NCBI GenBank assembly: GCA_051294375.1
Contig: CM119270.1
Coordinates: 14,231,672-14,293,681, forward strand
DNA length: 62,010 nucleotides
DNA from: Paraspadella gotoi
Lineage: Eukaryota; Animalia; Chaetognatha
Direction of reading: 5' to 3'
Under the pieces are notes generated by a model. The model had not been told where the DNA came from, did not search any database, and worked only from the letters and a program-made list of their open reading frames with translations. This document shows, piece by piece, positions 11,901 to 23,622 of this stretch; position 1 is the first letter of the stretch; the number at the start of each line of letters is the position of its first letter. Made by a program: the position numbers and the translations under genes.

Positions 11901-13148
11901 AAAACAAAAATGAGTTAGGAAATTTGTATTGAATGGGAAAAACTAATAATAATAACTAATAATATAAAATTATTCTTTCATTAACCAATATTTATATTAA
12001 TAAATAACTTTCGCAATTAATTTAATTAAAGATTCATAAAGATACCGCCACCTCCTGCCAATTTATTCGGCGAGCCCCCAACGATCTCGTTGAGTTGTTT
12101 TCCATTACCAATCAGTGAATCACTTCAGCAGGTTTGCAAATTTTTGGTACATTTTTAAAGTGTGCTTTTCACTTATTCAGTCCAGATATTAACGCACATA
12201 AACGTTAGCGATCGGGACCCCATACAAGATGCCTTAAAAATAATCGCGAGGATCTTCGTCTCTTTGATCAGTACGACAAGGACTGTGGTTGCCACAGAAA
12301 TGTCGGGGTATTTAATGACTTTTTGCCCTTTTTTAAATATATATTTTATTTTATATTTTTTCAAACTGTCTACTGCGTCAGTTATACCACTGGTCTTGGA
12401 AAAACCCTAGTTTTTACTTTTGTAAGAAAAGATAACTTTTTGATCATAGATTTTATTCGTGTGAAGTTCACATAAAATTAAGCAGCAAACTATTAGGGAC
12501 TAACAAGTTACACAACTGTAATAAAGTATATACATACACCAGAAAGAACCAAAAAAATGTAGTTCGGAAGTCCTAAAGATTAACGCATACATACTCATTT
12601 CAAGTGTGATATGTTATTTGGTTCATATACAGTTTGAAGTCTAGTTGTGAGTAGATGAAAGTACATTCAATTTTTTTTTTAAAATAAAAGACAAGAGATA
12701 CCACCATCCTTCAAACTAGACAAACTTGTAATTTTCGTGTGTGTTAGTTAATCTTAAATCTAAACGTTAAAGACAGTGAATGTATTTTCAGGAAGACGAG
12801 GCGATTTCTGTTTAATGCGGAAAGAATTTTTAAAAATGCACAATTAATAAATAAATAACCGTTATCATGCATGTTTATGCTTGAGGTATATAAGTTTTTT
12901 TTTTTTTTCAATCGATAAACATAAATATTTATTTCCGTAGCCTATTCATGAAAACAAAAAAAAATCGTTTCAGTTTACAACAGTGGAGTAATTTTGTTAT
13001 ACCACACCCTTCATTAATGTCCTACTTATTTCCCACGAAAGAAAATTATTATGATCAAATCGATTAAGCTCTAAATGTACCGAAGTTCTAACGGTCTACT
13101 TTTTTTATTTTTTTTTTATTTATAGTAACCACGTAAAAAAGAAAAAGA

Positions 13149-13179
<31 letters not shown>

Positions 13180-13617
13180 TAAGAAAAAAAAAAACACAAC
13201 AGTATATAAATGCGAGAGGAGAATCTATGGCACAAGTATTTCGTAGGGCAACAACAGTTTTTTAAACTCGGATCGGCCAATGTGCGATTGAGAGAGAAAA
13301 AAAATATTTCGAGAGAGAATTTCGTAAACTGGTTCAAGGAAATTAATTTTTGAAGTGAACCCCTTAAAAAAAAGCAGAATGAGAGGAATAACCAACGGAT
13401 TTTTAACTATTAATTTTTTGAAAAAAAAAATACAGTACGAACGAAAATAAATTATTTTGAAACAGAAACAGGAGACATATAATTCGTGAGGAACCAATTA
13501 ATTATACACGTTTTATTTTGTCGTAAAAAAAAAAAATCCATGCACAATTTCGGTACGAATATCACTAGCGATTTATGAAATGACGCTTAATTACGTGACT
13601 TGGATTACGAAGATACG

Positions 13618-13708
<91 letters not shown>

Positions 13709-13909
13709 AGAGGAGAAGACATCACGAATCACACGGAGGCTACGAGACGCTTGGGGCGTCAAACAATCGAGCAATTCCGATCAGAAGAAAAAAGAAAAAA
13801 AGAAGAAAAAAATAAGAATAAATTACGAATTATAAAAATTCACTTTTACCAAAAAATCAATTTATCATCAAATCAGGTATTGTTGACGTAAAAAAAGAAG
13901 CGAGTGTAG

Positions 13910-13949
<40 letters not shown>

Positions 13950-13962
13950 GAGAGAGAGAGGA

Positions 13963-13998
<36 letters not shown>

Positions 13999-15633
13999 AT
14001 TGTACTTCGATATCGATTAGTGACTTTAAGTGGGGGGGCGGGGAAAGGCCGAGGCCGATCGAATGTGAAGGGGAATTAATGACGTGAATCGTTTATTTTC
14101 ACAATATTTTATTTTTCGTATTTGTAAAAAGAGAAAGCTAAAGATATGGCGTTATTTTGGGGAAGGGTAAAAAAAAAGTTTCATACGAAACGTCGTAAGT
14201 CGGAAAAGAATTCTGTTTTTTATCTGCCCAATCTTGATATTTCATCCAGTTACTAGACATAACATAATCGTTTTGGTTTTTTTTCTACGCCTTTGTTTCT
14301 TTTACAAAACGAATGTTTAAATTCGAGGAATCGTGGTCTTGATTTTCAGGAATGCAGGCTTCCCTCGTGAGGAGATTGAGCGTGGAAGGCGGGACGTCAT
14401 TGGGAAGCGACGACCTTTGCTCTCTCCTTCTCACGTATTATTGTTTAAAGTTTTACTCAGTTTTTGTTTTATCTGGATTTTGTTTGTTTTCTAATTATCT
14501 TTTCGCGTCGTCGATGTAAACAAAAAAAAAAGCTCTATTTTTTTTTCCGCGATTTTTTTCCGAGATAAAACAAAAACTTTTTTAACGTGAATCAGACGTA
14601 GCCATATTAATTGATCCATCACCTTATATTTTTCTATTTTTCTCTTTTTTTTTGTCTCAGCGATGCACAATTAATTTTAATTTTCGATTTCGGACAGAAA
14701 AAACTTAATTCATCTTCAACGGAATCGGGCATACGAATAGTATTTAATTACTATATTTATGCTTAACTCGGCTCCAGTTATTCCATTATCTTTGTTTTGT
14801 TTTCAACCATTTCTATTTCTCTGGGATTTTTTTTCTTTTTCGTAATAAACGGATCTCGAACGAACCAATCGTGGGAGTTTAATACCAAATTATAATCTAC
14901 TTGTTTTAAACATTAAAAACAAAAAAAGAATATCATGCGTCTCACAGATCTTTACCAAAAAAGAAAAAAAAAGCACGCCTTAATTCTATTAATGTATATT
15001 TAAAATAAAACGTAAAGGCGCACTGTGACTTGTATTCTTTTTCCCGTTCACACACCTGATTCCATCAATACTCGTTTGATTATTGACAACCTCAATACAG
15101 CACACATGAAAAATGGAGTAATCGCAGCTATTTCACCATTTCGTCTTCATGTGATTTTGATACAAAAACTATCAGTGAAAAAGTCACAAAAAGTGGAGAG
15201 ACTTGAAAAGCCCGACGATTCGCGAAGCGGCCCTCGTTCCTGTCGCTTGACCTCACCCAAAAGGGTCGGGCGAGATCGTTTGCTGAGACGAGGACAACCC
15301 GAGTGATAAACCGTCGGGCGTCCGGTTTTATTTTTGTGACTCTCTTAGGTGCAGTACAAACTGTTGGCGACGGTTTCAACAAGCAGAAAAAACTGTTGGC
15401 GACGATTTCAACAGTCAGAAAAAACTGTTGCCATGTCGAAATCCTCATTTTTTTTCCGCTTATATTTTTAGTGTTTAGTTTGAAGTAAATTTGTTTCTGT
15501 GTTTCCTCATCCTCTTTTGTTATTTTATTTCGCACAACGAGAGACGGAGACAACCGTCTCGCTCTCCCTCTCGCTCCATCCACATCCATCTCTTCCTCTT
15601 CTCCTCCCCTCTCCTTCTCCATTCCTCTCCCTC

Positions 15634-16234
15634 TCACTCGCTCTCCGGCCCCCCGACCACCAACGGGGTGGGCCGTTCTTGTGCCGAGGGAGACCTAGTT
15701 CCGGTTAAGGAGAGGGGCATGGCGGGCGGCGAGGGCGACTGCCCCGGATGCAGCAGGGGCCGCCCCGCTCCGGCAGAGGCGGAGGAGGAGGTGGGGCTGT
15801 GAACGCCGTTGGCGGTCGGTGAGGAAGGGTGGCGTCGATGGAGATGTCGATGGAGTTGGTGGGAGGCGGATGGAGACAACGCCGGCGCCGCCTCTTCGTC
15901 GTGATGGTGATGATGGAGGTCGGAGGCGGATCTCGGCGACACGGCGTCGTCGTCGTCGTCCTCTTCGTCGTCGTCGCCGCGCCGGTGACGCTCCGATTCC
16001 CCGAAGGGCGAGGAGCAACCCCGTGAGTCGCGGCTCGACGTCTCGACGTCTTCGTGACCGGGCGCCGCTCCCACGCCACCGACGCCGCCCGCGCCGTTGC
16101 GCGAGAAGATAGAGAGATGGCGCTCGATGAGAGGAAGGGCGCCGGGGGCGCCGGACGGAGCGGCGCCACGCGGAGAGTCGCCCTCGCGTTCGATCTTGAT
16201 GTGACGGTCGGTGCGAAGGTCTTGCTCGGCGTCG
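15634..16234 (-). CDS. FoxP: FoxP last coding exon
   Basis: ttccag acceptor, phase 2, DAEQDLRTDRHIKIEREGDSP... (resembles the FoxP HVKEEP SUMO-type motif), in frame with ORF 15634-16074 to the stop. Confidence 0.7.
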
Positions 16235-17117
16235 CTGGAATGAGAGAAAAGGTGAGGGACGGGATGAGTTCTGTGGATTAAGGGTAAGTGGGTCTCTCAT
16301 TCATGTCAGGGATTTAATCCTCATTTTGAAATTTCGCTTTCTTTCGCATTCTTTGCATTTATTACGAAGTGCATTCATGTTTTAATGTTTATCCCGTAAT
16401 GATAATATTAATAATAAAATCGAGAAAGAAAACCACACTAAATAAAAATTACTATTTTAGTAAAAATATTAGCCATCAAGCTCAAGAAAAAAATATTCCC
16501 ATCCGATGTTAAAGAGACAAAAAAAATTAATTATTAAAAAAAAAATAATGATAAAAAAAAAGCCACAACGAGGAAATATTTTTCGATCGATAATCAATTA
16601 AAGTCGGCTTTGAACTTTTTCTCTTCATCCGCCGGCGATGCCACCGCCAGCGCCACCACCGCCGGTCGTCTCAGCGCCTTTTGTTTGGCTCACGTTTTTT
16701 CATTCCGCCACGAGAGCGGCGCCACCGCGATGATGACGTCATCGACGGAAAACAAAAGACACAGAAACTATGTGACGCGCGGGAGAATGAAGGATGAGTC
16801 GTGGGAAGTGAGAGAAATACGAAGGGGAGTTTTCGATTCCATTGCAAAGCGATTCCAATCGGGGGGCGTCGCCATATGAATTCCAGTTCAATCATAAAAA
16901 GCCTTGCCACTCCTATTTCAGTCAAGATGCCATCCAAGGCGACGCCACTTGGTTGCCACCCAAATCACCAAAATGCCACCCCGTTACGATGGGAGGCTAC
17001 GAAGCTTCGAAACGAAAATACGATCGAGGAGAATGATTATGCAAAGCATCGCCTACTCTTCATCTTAATTTTTGATGGGGAGAGAGAGAGAGAAGAGAGA
17101 GAAGTAAGAGAGAAAGT

Positions 17118-17200
<83 letters not shown>

Positions 17201-17918
17201 AGAAGAAGAGAGAGAGAGAGAGAGTCATTCTATCGCGCCTTAGTTGATGCTTCGATGAAATTCGAAATATAATTTTTTTCTCTTTGGGTACGAGAGACGA
17301 CAATGATGATGATTACGACAACGACGACGTCCAGACGAACCAAAACGATGGCAACGACAACGACGCCGCTTCCAGACGCCATCAGGTGAACTCGGCGCCG
17401 TCGGCTGAGGGTGCGCGCGAGAAACGCGGCGAGATCAGCGCCACTTCCGCCGGCGCGCGAAACACCACGCTCGCAGCGCCACTTTCGGCGGCGCGAGGAA
17501 ACGCAAACAAATGGCCTCATTAGCGTCGTCAGCCTCTAAATTTCTCTTGGTTCCACTTTTTTTTTTTTTTTTTGAAAGGCGTGGAAACATTCGAGAGAAT
17601 TCCAATCTCAAGCCAAATAAGAAAATTTATTTTTTCTTTTTCTTTTGTAGAGGCTTGAGCTCAACGCAACTATGCCCAAAAATTTCATATTGTATAAATA
17701 TTGTATTAATAATACTATTATAAAGAACAAAAGAGAGACAATTTTTAAAAGCGACATCCAAGCATCACTTTCGCCAGTGAATACGTACGACACTGTTTCT
17801 AATTAAGCATTTAATTCGCATTTTCTAAGCATTTTATTCTTATAACCCCACCCACATTATGCTAGAACCATACCCCCCCATTTCCCCGCTCCATCCACCG
17901 TCCTAATCCGCCACTCAC

Positions 17919-18051
17919 ATCTCCATGTCTCGATGATCCGGACTCGGGCGATCGATCGGGCTTCGATCTCGGTACCCGGGGCTCCCGTGCGACGCGGGCG
18001 GGGACGTCGACCGACTTCCGGTGGACAAATCCTGTGGGCCGGAGTTGTATC
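17919..18051 (-). CDS. FoxP: FoxP C-terminal exon
   Basis: cccag|(G)YNSGPQDLSTGSRSTSPPASHGSPGYRDRSPIDRPSPDHRDME|gtgagt; phase 1-2 fits both neighbours. Confidence 0.7.
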
Positions 18052-18252
18052 CTGGGATAGGAGTAGGAGGAAGAGGAGGATGAGATATAATACATGTATA
18101 TTAGTTAAAACTATATTTAAAAAATATTTAAAAAGAATTTAACTTTATAATTTTTTTTAAAATTTGCATTGTAAAAACAAGTAATTTTGAGTTTTAAAAA
18201 TATTTTTTTTCTATAATGTTCCTTCGTTCCATTCTAAAATTCCTCAACACAC

Positions 18253-18499
18253 CTGCTACCCCGGGAAACCGCCTATCAACGACCCTACGGCCGCCGGCGT
18301 CCAACGCCCCCGACAAGAGGGCGTGGGAATGAGGCGGCGGCGGAAGGGGCGGTCCGCCCGGAGTCGTCGTCGACGGGGCGGCTCCGTTGTTGTTGTTGTT
18401 GTTGCTACCGTTACTGCTACTGCTGTTGCTGCTGTGGCTGCTCCTGTTGTTGCTGCTCAGAGAAAGCGGAAGATGGCTGCCACTCTCGCCCAGTGCGGC
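18253..18499 (-). CDS. FoxP: FoxP exon (AALGES...LPL motif)
   Basis: ccag|AALGESGSHLPLSLSSNN... matches the FoxP 'ASLQ|AALAESSLPLL' motif; 247 nt, phase 0-1; donor gtgtgt. Confidence 0.75.
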
Positions 18500-18715
18500 C
18501 TGGAAAGAACGCAGAATGGGGATCCTGCATAACTCGACGGCGGGGCGTTTGACTGAGGGGGGGGGGAGTTGGTAAGGGCGGTTGTGGATGTTGTTCAGGT
18601 GAGGTGAGGTGAAACCAGATTTCGAGATCCAGAAATCGAAGCGTTAAAAGAAGATAAAGGAAACGAAAAGAAAAGAAAAATATTTTGGGAAGTAAGATTA
18701 ATGTAATATGTCCAG

Positions 18716-18803
<88 letters not shown>

Positions 18804-18826
18804 AGAAACCAAGTCAAGACACTTAC

Positions 18827-19072
18827 CCTGAGTGAGGCGCTAAGCCCTTCTCCGCCGTATAGGGTGGGACTGTGATGCGGCGGGTAAGGTGGCCCTCCGT
18901 GATGGTGGTGCGGGGGCGGAGGCGGCTGTACCGCCCCTCCGCCGTTGGGGGAAACGTTCGCCGCTCCCCCTACCAAACCCCCTGGGTTGCCCAAACCCCC
19001 AGCGATGTGGGGGACACGTGACCCTGCGGGGTCGGCGGGGTGATAGAGGCGGAGGGCGACTTCAACGACATC
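18827..19072 (-). CDS. FoxP: FoxP exon following the forkhead (one apparent 1-nt homopolymer deletion near 18996-19013)
   Basis: aag|G MSLKSPSASITPPTPQGHVSP... then shifts frame to ...HSPTLYGGEGLSASLR|gtaagt; matches FoxP 'KSP...SPT.YG..LNASLQ'. Confidence 0.75.
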
Positions 19073-19225
19073 CTTTTATTTGAAGGAGGAATGGGTAAGT
19101 GAGGGCGAGGTAGGGGTGGGTGAGGGTGAGGTCGGAGTTTTGAGGGAGAGAGAGGAGCGGAAGGGGGGGGAACAAAAGGACAGTTAGCGAGGAAACGATT
19201 TTTTTTGTCAACACTATTTTTGACC

Positions 19226-19226
<1 letters not shown>

Positions 19227-19297
<71 letters not shown>
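19227..19297. repeat. (TTA)n microsatellite
   Basis: About 23 perfect copies in a FoxP intron. Confidence 0.9.
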
Positions 19298-19298
<1 letters not shown>

Positions 19299-20055
19299 TT
19301 ATTATTGTTTTTAATATTAAATTTATTTTCTTTAAAACCTCTTACTAAATTGCTTAATTTTTGAGAACCTTGCTTTTGAAATCAACGGCATCTTTAGAAA
19401 TTTTCATGATTTTTTAATTCTCCTACAGAAAATTAGTGTTTCACTGCAGTTTGCAGCGTGAACATGCGATATAAATGTAAGAGAAAGAGAGTTTAACCGA
19501 AATTGCGAAAGTGAAAGTGAAAACCTGAAATTCGAAAAAAATAAATAAATTGTGAAATCTAGAAAGGAGAGAGAAACCGCTCCTTGTGATTATTGTTATT
19601 AGTACGGTGCCGAGTAATTCCGTGATATCCCGTGATTTTGTGAAAATAAAAATGTGAAATAAATTCGCATTCAACTAAAAACTACTTGTGAAAGGAAAAA
19701 GCGGAAAGTGAAAGACAGTGAGAAAGAGAGAAATGTCGGGCAAAGTAGAAAAATGAGTCGTGGAGTTAAAATAACTGAAATTTACCTCTTTTTTATTTTT
19801 TTCATTTTTCGCAAAACTTGCTTTCTATTATAGTCACTTTTCGAACTAAACGAAATGTTTGAAATAAAATTTTTTTCGAAAAAAAATTTAATGATTTTCA
19901 CCTCTAAAAAATGAAATATTTTTAGCCGAAAAATTTTTAATTTTAAAAATAAAATTAAAAGATTTAAAAAGGTTCAACCTGAAAATAACCAAGAGCCGCT
20001 GAAAGATTCGAGAGAAATTTTTTTTTTTTCTTGGTGAAAATGTGCGACAGATTTT

Positions 20056-20162
20056 CATGCAAGTTTTATTCATGCAAAGTAACATGCGGCTATTTATTTG
20101 CGCAACATGCCTTTATGCCATGCAAAGTGCCATGCCGAATGCCATGCCATGCATCACATGCA
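20056..20162 (-). promoter_or_regulatory. Cluster of RBFOX-type (U)GCAUG splicing motifs in the FoxP pre-mRNA
   Basis: Nine catgc on + (GCAUG in the FoxP transcript) at 20056, 20071, 20083, 20106, 20119, 20131, 20143, 20148 and 20157. Five are full UGCAUG and none is in the opposite orientation. Confidence 0.6.
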
Positions 20163-20824
20163 AGGAAAGATGCGTCATATAGTCGGTTGTGTAACAATTT
20201 TATTCGTTTTGTGACTTGAGGAGTTTATTGTGACAACGAAGACGGATTGGGTTGTGACATCGAAATTCACGACCAACGTTAGTGAATGAATCAATCAACA
20301 ATTCACTCTGTCAATCAATCAACTAATCAGTCACTCCGGGGAAGCGTATTAGTCAGATTGGTTTTATATAAATGGCTAAAATCCTTTTGTTTTATTTTTA
20401 AGAGAAAATAAAAAAAAAGGGATTTTGTAAATTTGAACCTCAATTTACAGTGCTTCCCAATACAAAGCTCGTCCAAATTATTTAATTTTGTAGATACAAA
20501 ATTACTCATAATGCATTATATTAAACAATAATGACAATTCGTAAATTATTTTAAAATTATTCGTCCATATTAAAACTACGAGTGTAAAGAAAAGGCACTG
20601 TATATTGTATAACCTAAGGCAAGGGGCATTTCAGTAGCGCGAAAACCATTCATGATGCTCAATACAATAATTACAACGCGGGATCGAATTTTATTTTGTA
20701 GGTAAAGAAAAAAAAACGAAACAAAATCAAAACGAGCTTCAAATGCGAACATAGTATTGTTTTTGTTTGCGTTTTTTTTTATTGTTTATTCCGTAGTGCG
20801 ACTACAACGATTAACGCGGATACA

Positions 20825-21026
20825 ATTGGGAGGCTTAAGAAGGGCGATTATTTGATTGGATATCCGAAGCCGACCAATCACAGCGCGGAGTTTTGCCCCG
20901 GATGTGAGACGAAAACCCGTCGCTATTGGCCGCGGAATTTTCATGTGCTCGATATCGCGGGAAAATTCGCGTCTACGTCGTCATGGAAACCGGGGAGATA
21001 AGGGCTGATTACGGCTACAGGTAAGG
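20825..21026 (+). promoter_or_regulatory. Intronic promoter-like island (4 CCAAT boxes, ETS, E2F, X-box-like) followed by an ATG and splice donor
   Basis: attgg at 20825, 20855 and 20925; ccaat at 20874; ccggatgt near 20898; cgcgggaaaa at 20956-20965; gtcgtcatggaaac at 20977-20990; ATG at 20983; cag|gtaagg at 21020/21021. Confidence 0.4.
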
Positions 21027-21613
21027 CGACTAAATTGGCGAGCAATCTCGGCGACGTTTCGCAAATATGTGCAATCTTTTCGGGGGTAGTGGAGTGCAAT
21101 TTCACTGTAGACGACGTAACGGGGTTATCCGAACAAAGAGATCGTCTCGATTCGAATTGATTTTTGAAATTAATTTATCTTAAATATAAATTTTAGACGA
21201 ATTTGCGAGATAAAGTCTTTGTTCGCGGGTTATAATTGGGTGCACCAGTGATGGGGATTGTTGTGAAATAGTCTGAATGGTTTTGAATTAATGAAACAAA
21301 AAATTTCTTGACCCGAGTCAGCCTACTAGGCATGAGTGAAAGTCGCTTGTCCGAAATAGTAAAGAAGCTCAAATGTTTCAAATTCTTTAGCTTTTTCAAA
21401 CAGTTAACTTTTTCACCGATGAAACGAAACGTTTCAAGAACATTTTTGTATCGTTTATTGTGAAAAAAATTCAGGCTCTTTTCACAACCTCCCCGCGGAA
21501 GAAGGGGTAGGGGGCCGAAACTGATGTCGATGGGGTACAGGGTAATCGTTCCGGTCTACGACGACAAGACAAATTTAAGCGCATACTTGGGTGAGATATG
21601 TAACGGGGTGCTC

Positions 21614-22302
21614 TTACTGTGCTGCACAGTGACCGATCTTGTGCGAGGAGGAAGGGGTGCTGGGAGAAGGGGTCAGAGTGGTGGAGGAGGAGGAGGAGCT
21701 ACTAGTCACGAGGGCGTTAGCGTCGTCGGGAACTACGACCGTAGGGGGCGCGTTTGTGCCGCCGAGGGCAGCCGCGTTGGCCGCCGCCGCCGCCGCTGCT
21801 GCCGCTGCCGCCGCGTTGACGCCGTGGAAACCCCCGTTGGGTCCGTAGGCCGATTGAGGGCTGGAGGGCGCGCCGCCCGGAAGACTCCTGGCGGCCAATG
21901 AGGCCGGGATGCCAGCGGCGAAGGGTCCGCCGCAGCCGGCGCCGCCGAACAACATTTCCCCCGTTTGCGGGAAGGGCGCCGCCCCGCCGAACGCGCCTCC
22001 GTTGAGGACAAAGTTTTTCGCGCCGGCGTTCATGGCGAAGTAGGGAAGGCCCAAAGGCGGCGCGGTTTGACCTAACCCGGCGCCGTTAGCGGAGGCCGCG
22101 TTGCCGTAACCCGGAACTCCGGCGTCGTTGGCTCCCGACTCGACGCCTCTCGGCGGGCCCGTCTGGGGCGGATGGCCAAAATCCGGCCGATGTCCCGCCC
22201 CGCCGGCATTGTTGTTGTTGTTATTATTACTGTGGCTGTTGTTGTTATTGTTGTTGCTCCCTCCGGCCTCCAGTCCCGACGGCGTGGCGGCCGAAGCCGG
22301 CG

Positions 22303-22334
<32 letters not shown>

Positions 22335-22558
22335 ATCGCCCCGGCGGCGGCGCCGTTCCCGTGACTGACTCCCCCCGAAGCCCCCGTCGACGGCGCCGGC
22401 CCGGCCGCGTTCTGGGAATCGTGGTACTTCCGGGGGCGCCCCCGCGTCAAGTGGCGCCGGCGCACGAATTCCACGTCGTCCACCATCCAGAAGGATCCAA
22501 AGTCGTCCTCGTAGCGGACGAAGCACTTGTGCAGGGACAAATTGGTGCGAATAGCGTT
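21614..22558 (-). CDS. FoxP: FoxP alternative forkhead exon B (FOXP1-ES / insect isoform-B type) with long low-complexity extension
   Basis: tcag|[45 protein letters not shown]... is open to TAA at 21616-21614, which overlaps a CA|gtaaga donor at 21617. Confidence 0.92.
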
Positions 22559-22869
22559 CTGAGGGGGGAGGGGTGGTAGGAGGGTGGTTGGAGGGTGGTT
22601 GAAGTGGTCGGTTATGAGCGGGGCGTGAGCGGGGGTTTTGAATTTTGGTTTAGGTTGAGGGTTAAAGCGAAAAATATTGTAAGGTAGAGTTAATTAAAGT
22701 AAGTGTTAACGTTATGGTGGGTTTGGGTCGGAGGGGTGGAGGAGCAGGGTTATAGGGTGAGCAGGGAGGAGAGGTGAGGCCGAAGTTTTATGTCGAAGCG
22801 GCGGCGGAGTTGATCCAAAATCATCGGCGGCGTCAGAGTCGATAGATTTAGAGAAAAGGGTAGGATTGT

Positions 22870-22989
22870 ACCCGTCAGAGGGTGTGCGCATAAGAGAGTG
22901 AACCCATATAAGAGTGTGCGCATAAGAGAGTGAACCCGTAAAAGGGTGTGCGCATAAGAGAGTGAACCCGTAAAAGGGTGTGCGCATAA
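22870..22989. repeat. 32-bp minisatellite (about 3.5 copies) between FoxP exons A and B
   Basis: gtgtgcgcataagagagtgaacccgtaaaagg units start at 22882, 22914, 22946 and 22978 (last one partial). Confidence 0.9.
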
Positions 22990-23500
22990 AGATCGTGCGC
23001 GTAGCGTTGTGAAGGGGGGGGGAAGTAGTAGAGGGATTGTGCGCATAGCGGTTAAGGCAAAAAATTTCACACACACCGATCGAAAGGGGAATTTTTTTTT
23101 TGGTGCGAAATAATTAGGGTGCGTCAAAAACCGGTTTTAGGTCGGAACAGTTGGTTTTTTTTTTTTTGTGAGTTTTTTTCATTTTGTGTGTGTGCGGATT
23201 CGTGAATTTTATTTTTTTATAAATTTCGTGACAGTAGTAAATAGTAGCAGTGGACAGATCGAGAGATAGCGAGACAGAGTGAAAGATAGTAGGAGTGCAA
23301 AAAACGGGAAAAATCGTGTTGTTTCGTGTCGTGAGAGAAAGAGAGAGGCGAAAAGAAAAAAAAAACGAAACATAGTGAATTATGAGAGAAAAAGTGAAAT
23401 ATTAAAAAAAAAAACTAAAAAATATACGTTCGGTGAGAAAGAGAAAGAGCGAGAGAGTGTGACTTTGTTTTGGGTAAAGAGGGGACAAAAAACGACCTAC

Positions 23501-23622
23501 CCGCTCATTTTCTGCGGACGACGTTTGTAGAATTCTACCTCATCAACAGTCCATACTGCACCCTTGACATTCTCAACTCGCATGAAGCATTTGTGAAGAC
23601 TAAGATTATGTCGAACTGCGTT
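23501..23622 (-). CDS. FoxP: FoxP alternative forkhead exon A (canonical), 122 nt
   Basis: gcag|[41 protein letters not shown]|gtaggt; phase 0-2. Confidence 0.96.

Noticed and set aside
13565-13891. ER/RE- and SL/LS-repeat ORFs (here and at many other sites)
   Set aside because: Translations of (AG)n microsatellites
15355-15432. Roughly 32-bp repeat (x2.5) with a small hairpin in the FoxP 3' region as a structured RNA element
   Set aside because: Short local duplication with only a 6-bp stem; no known RNA family recognised
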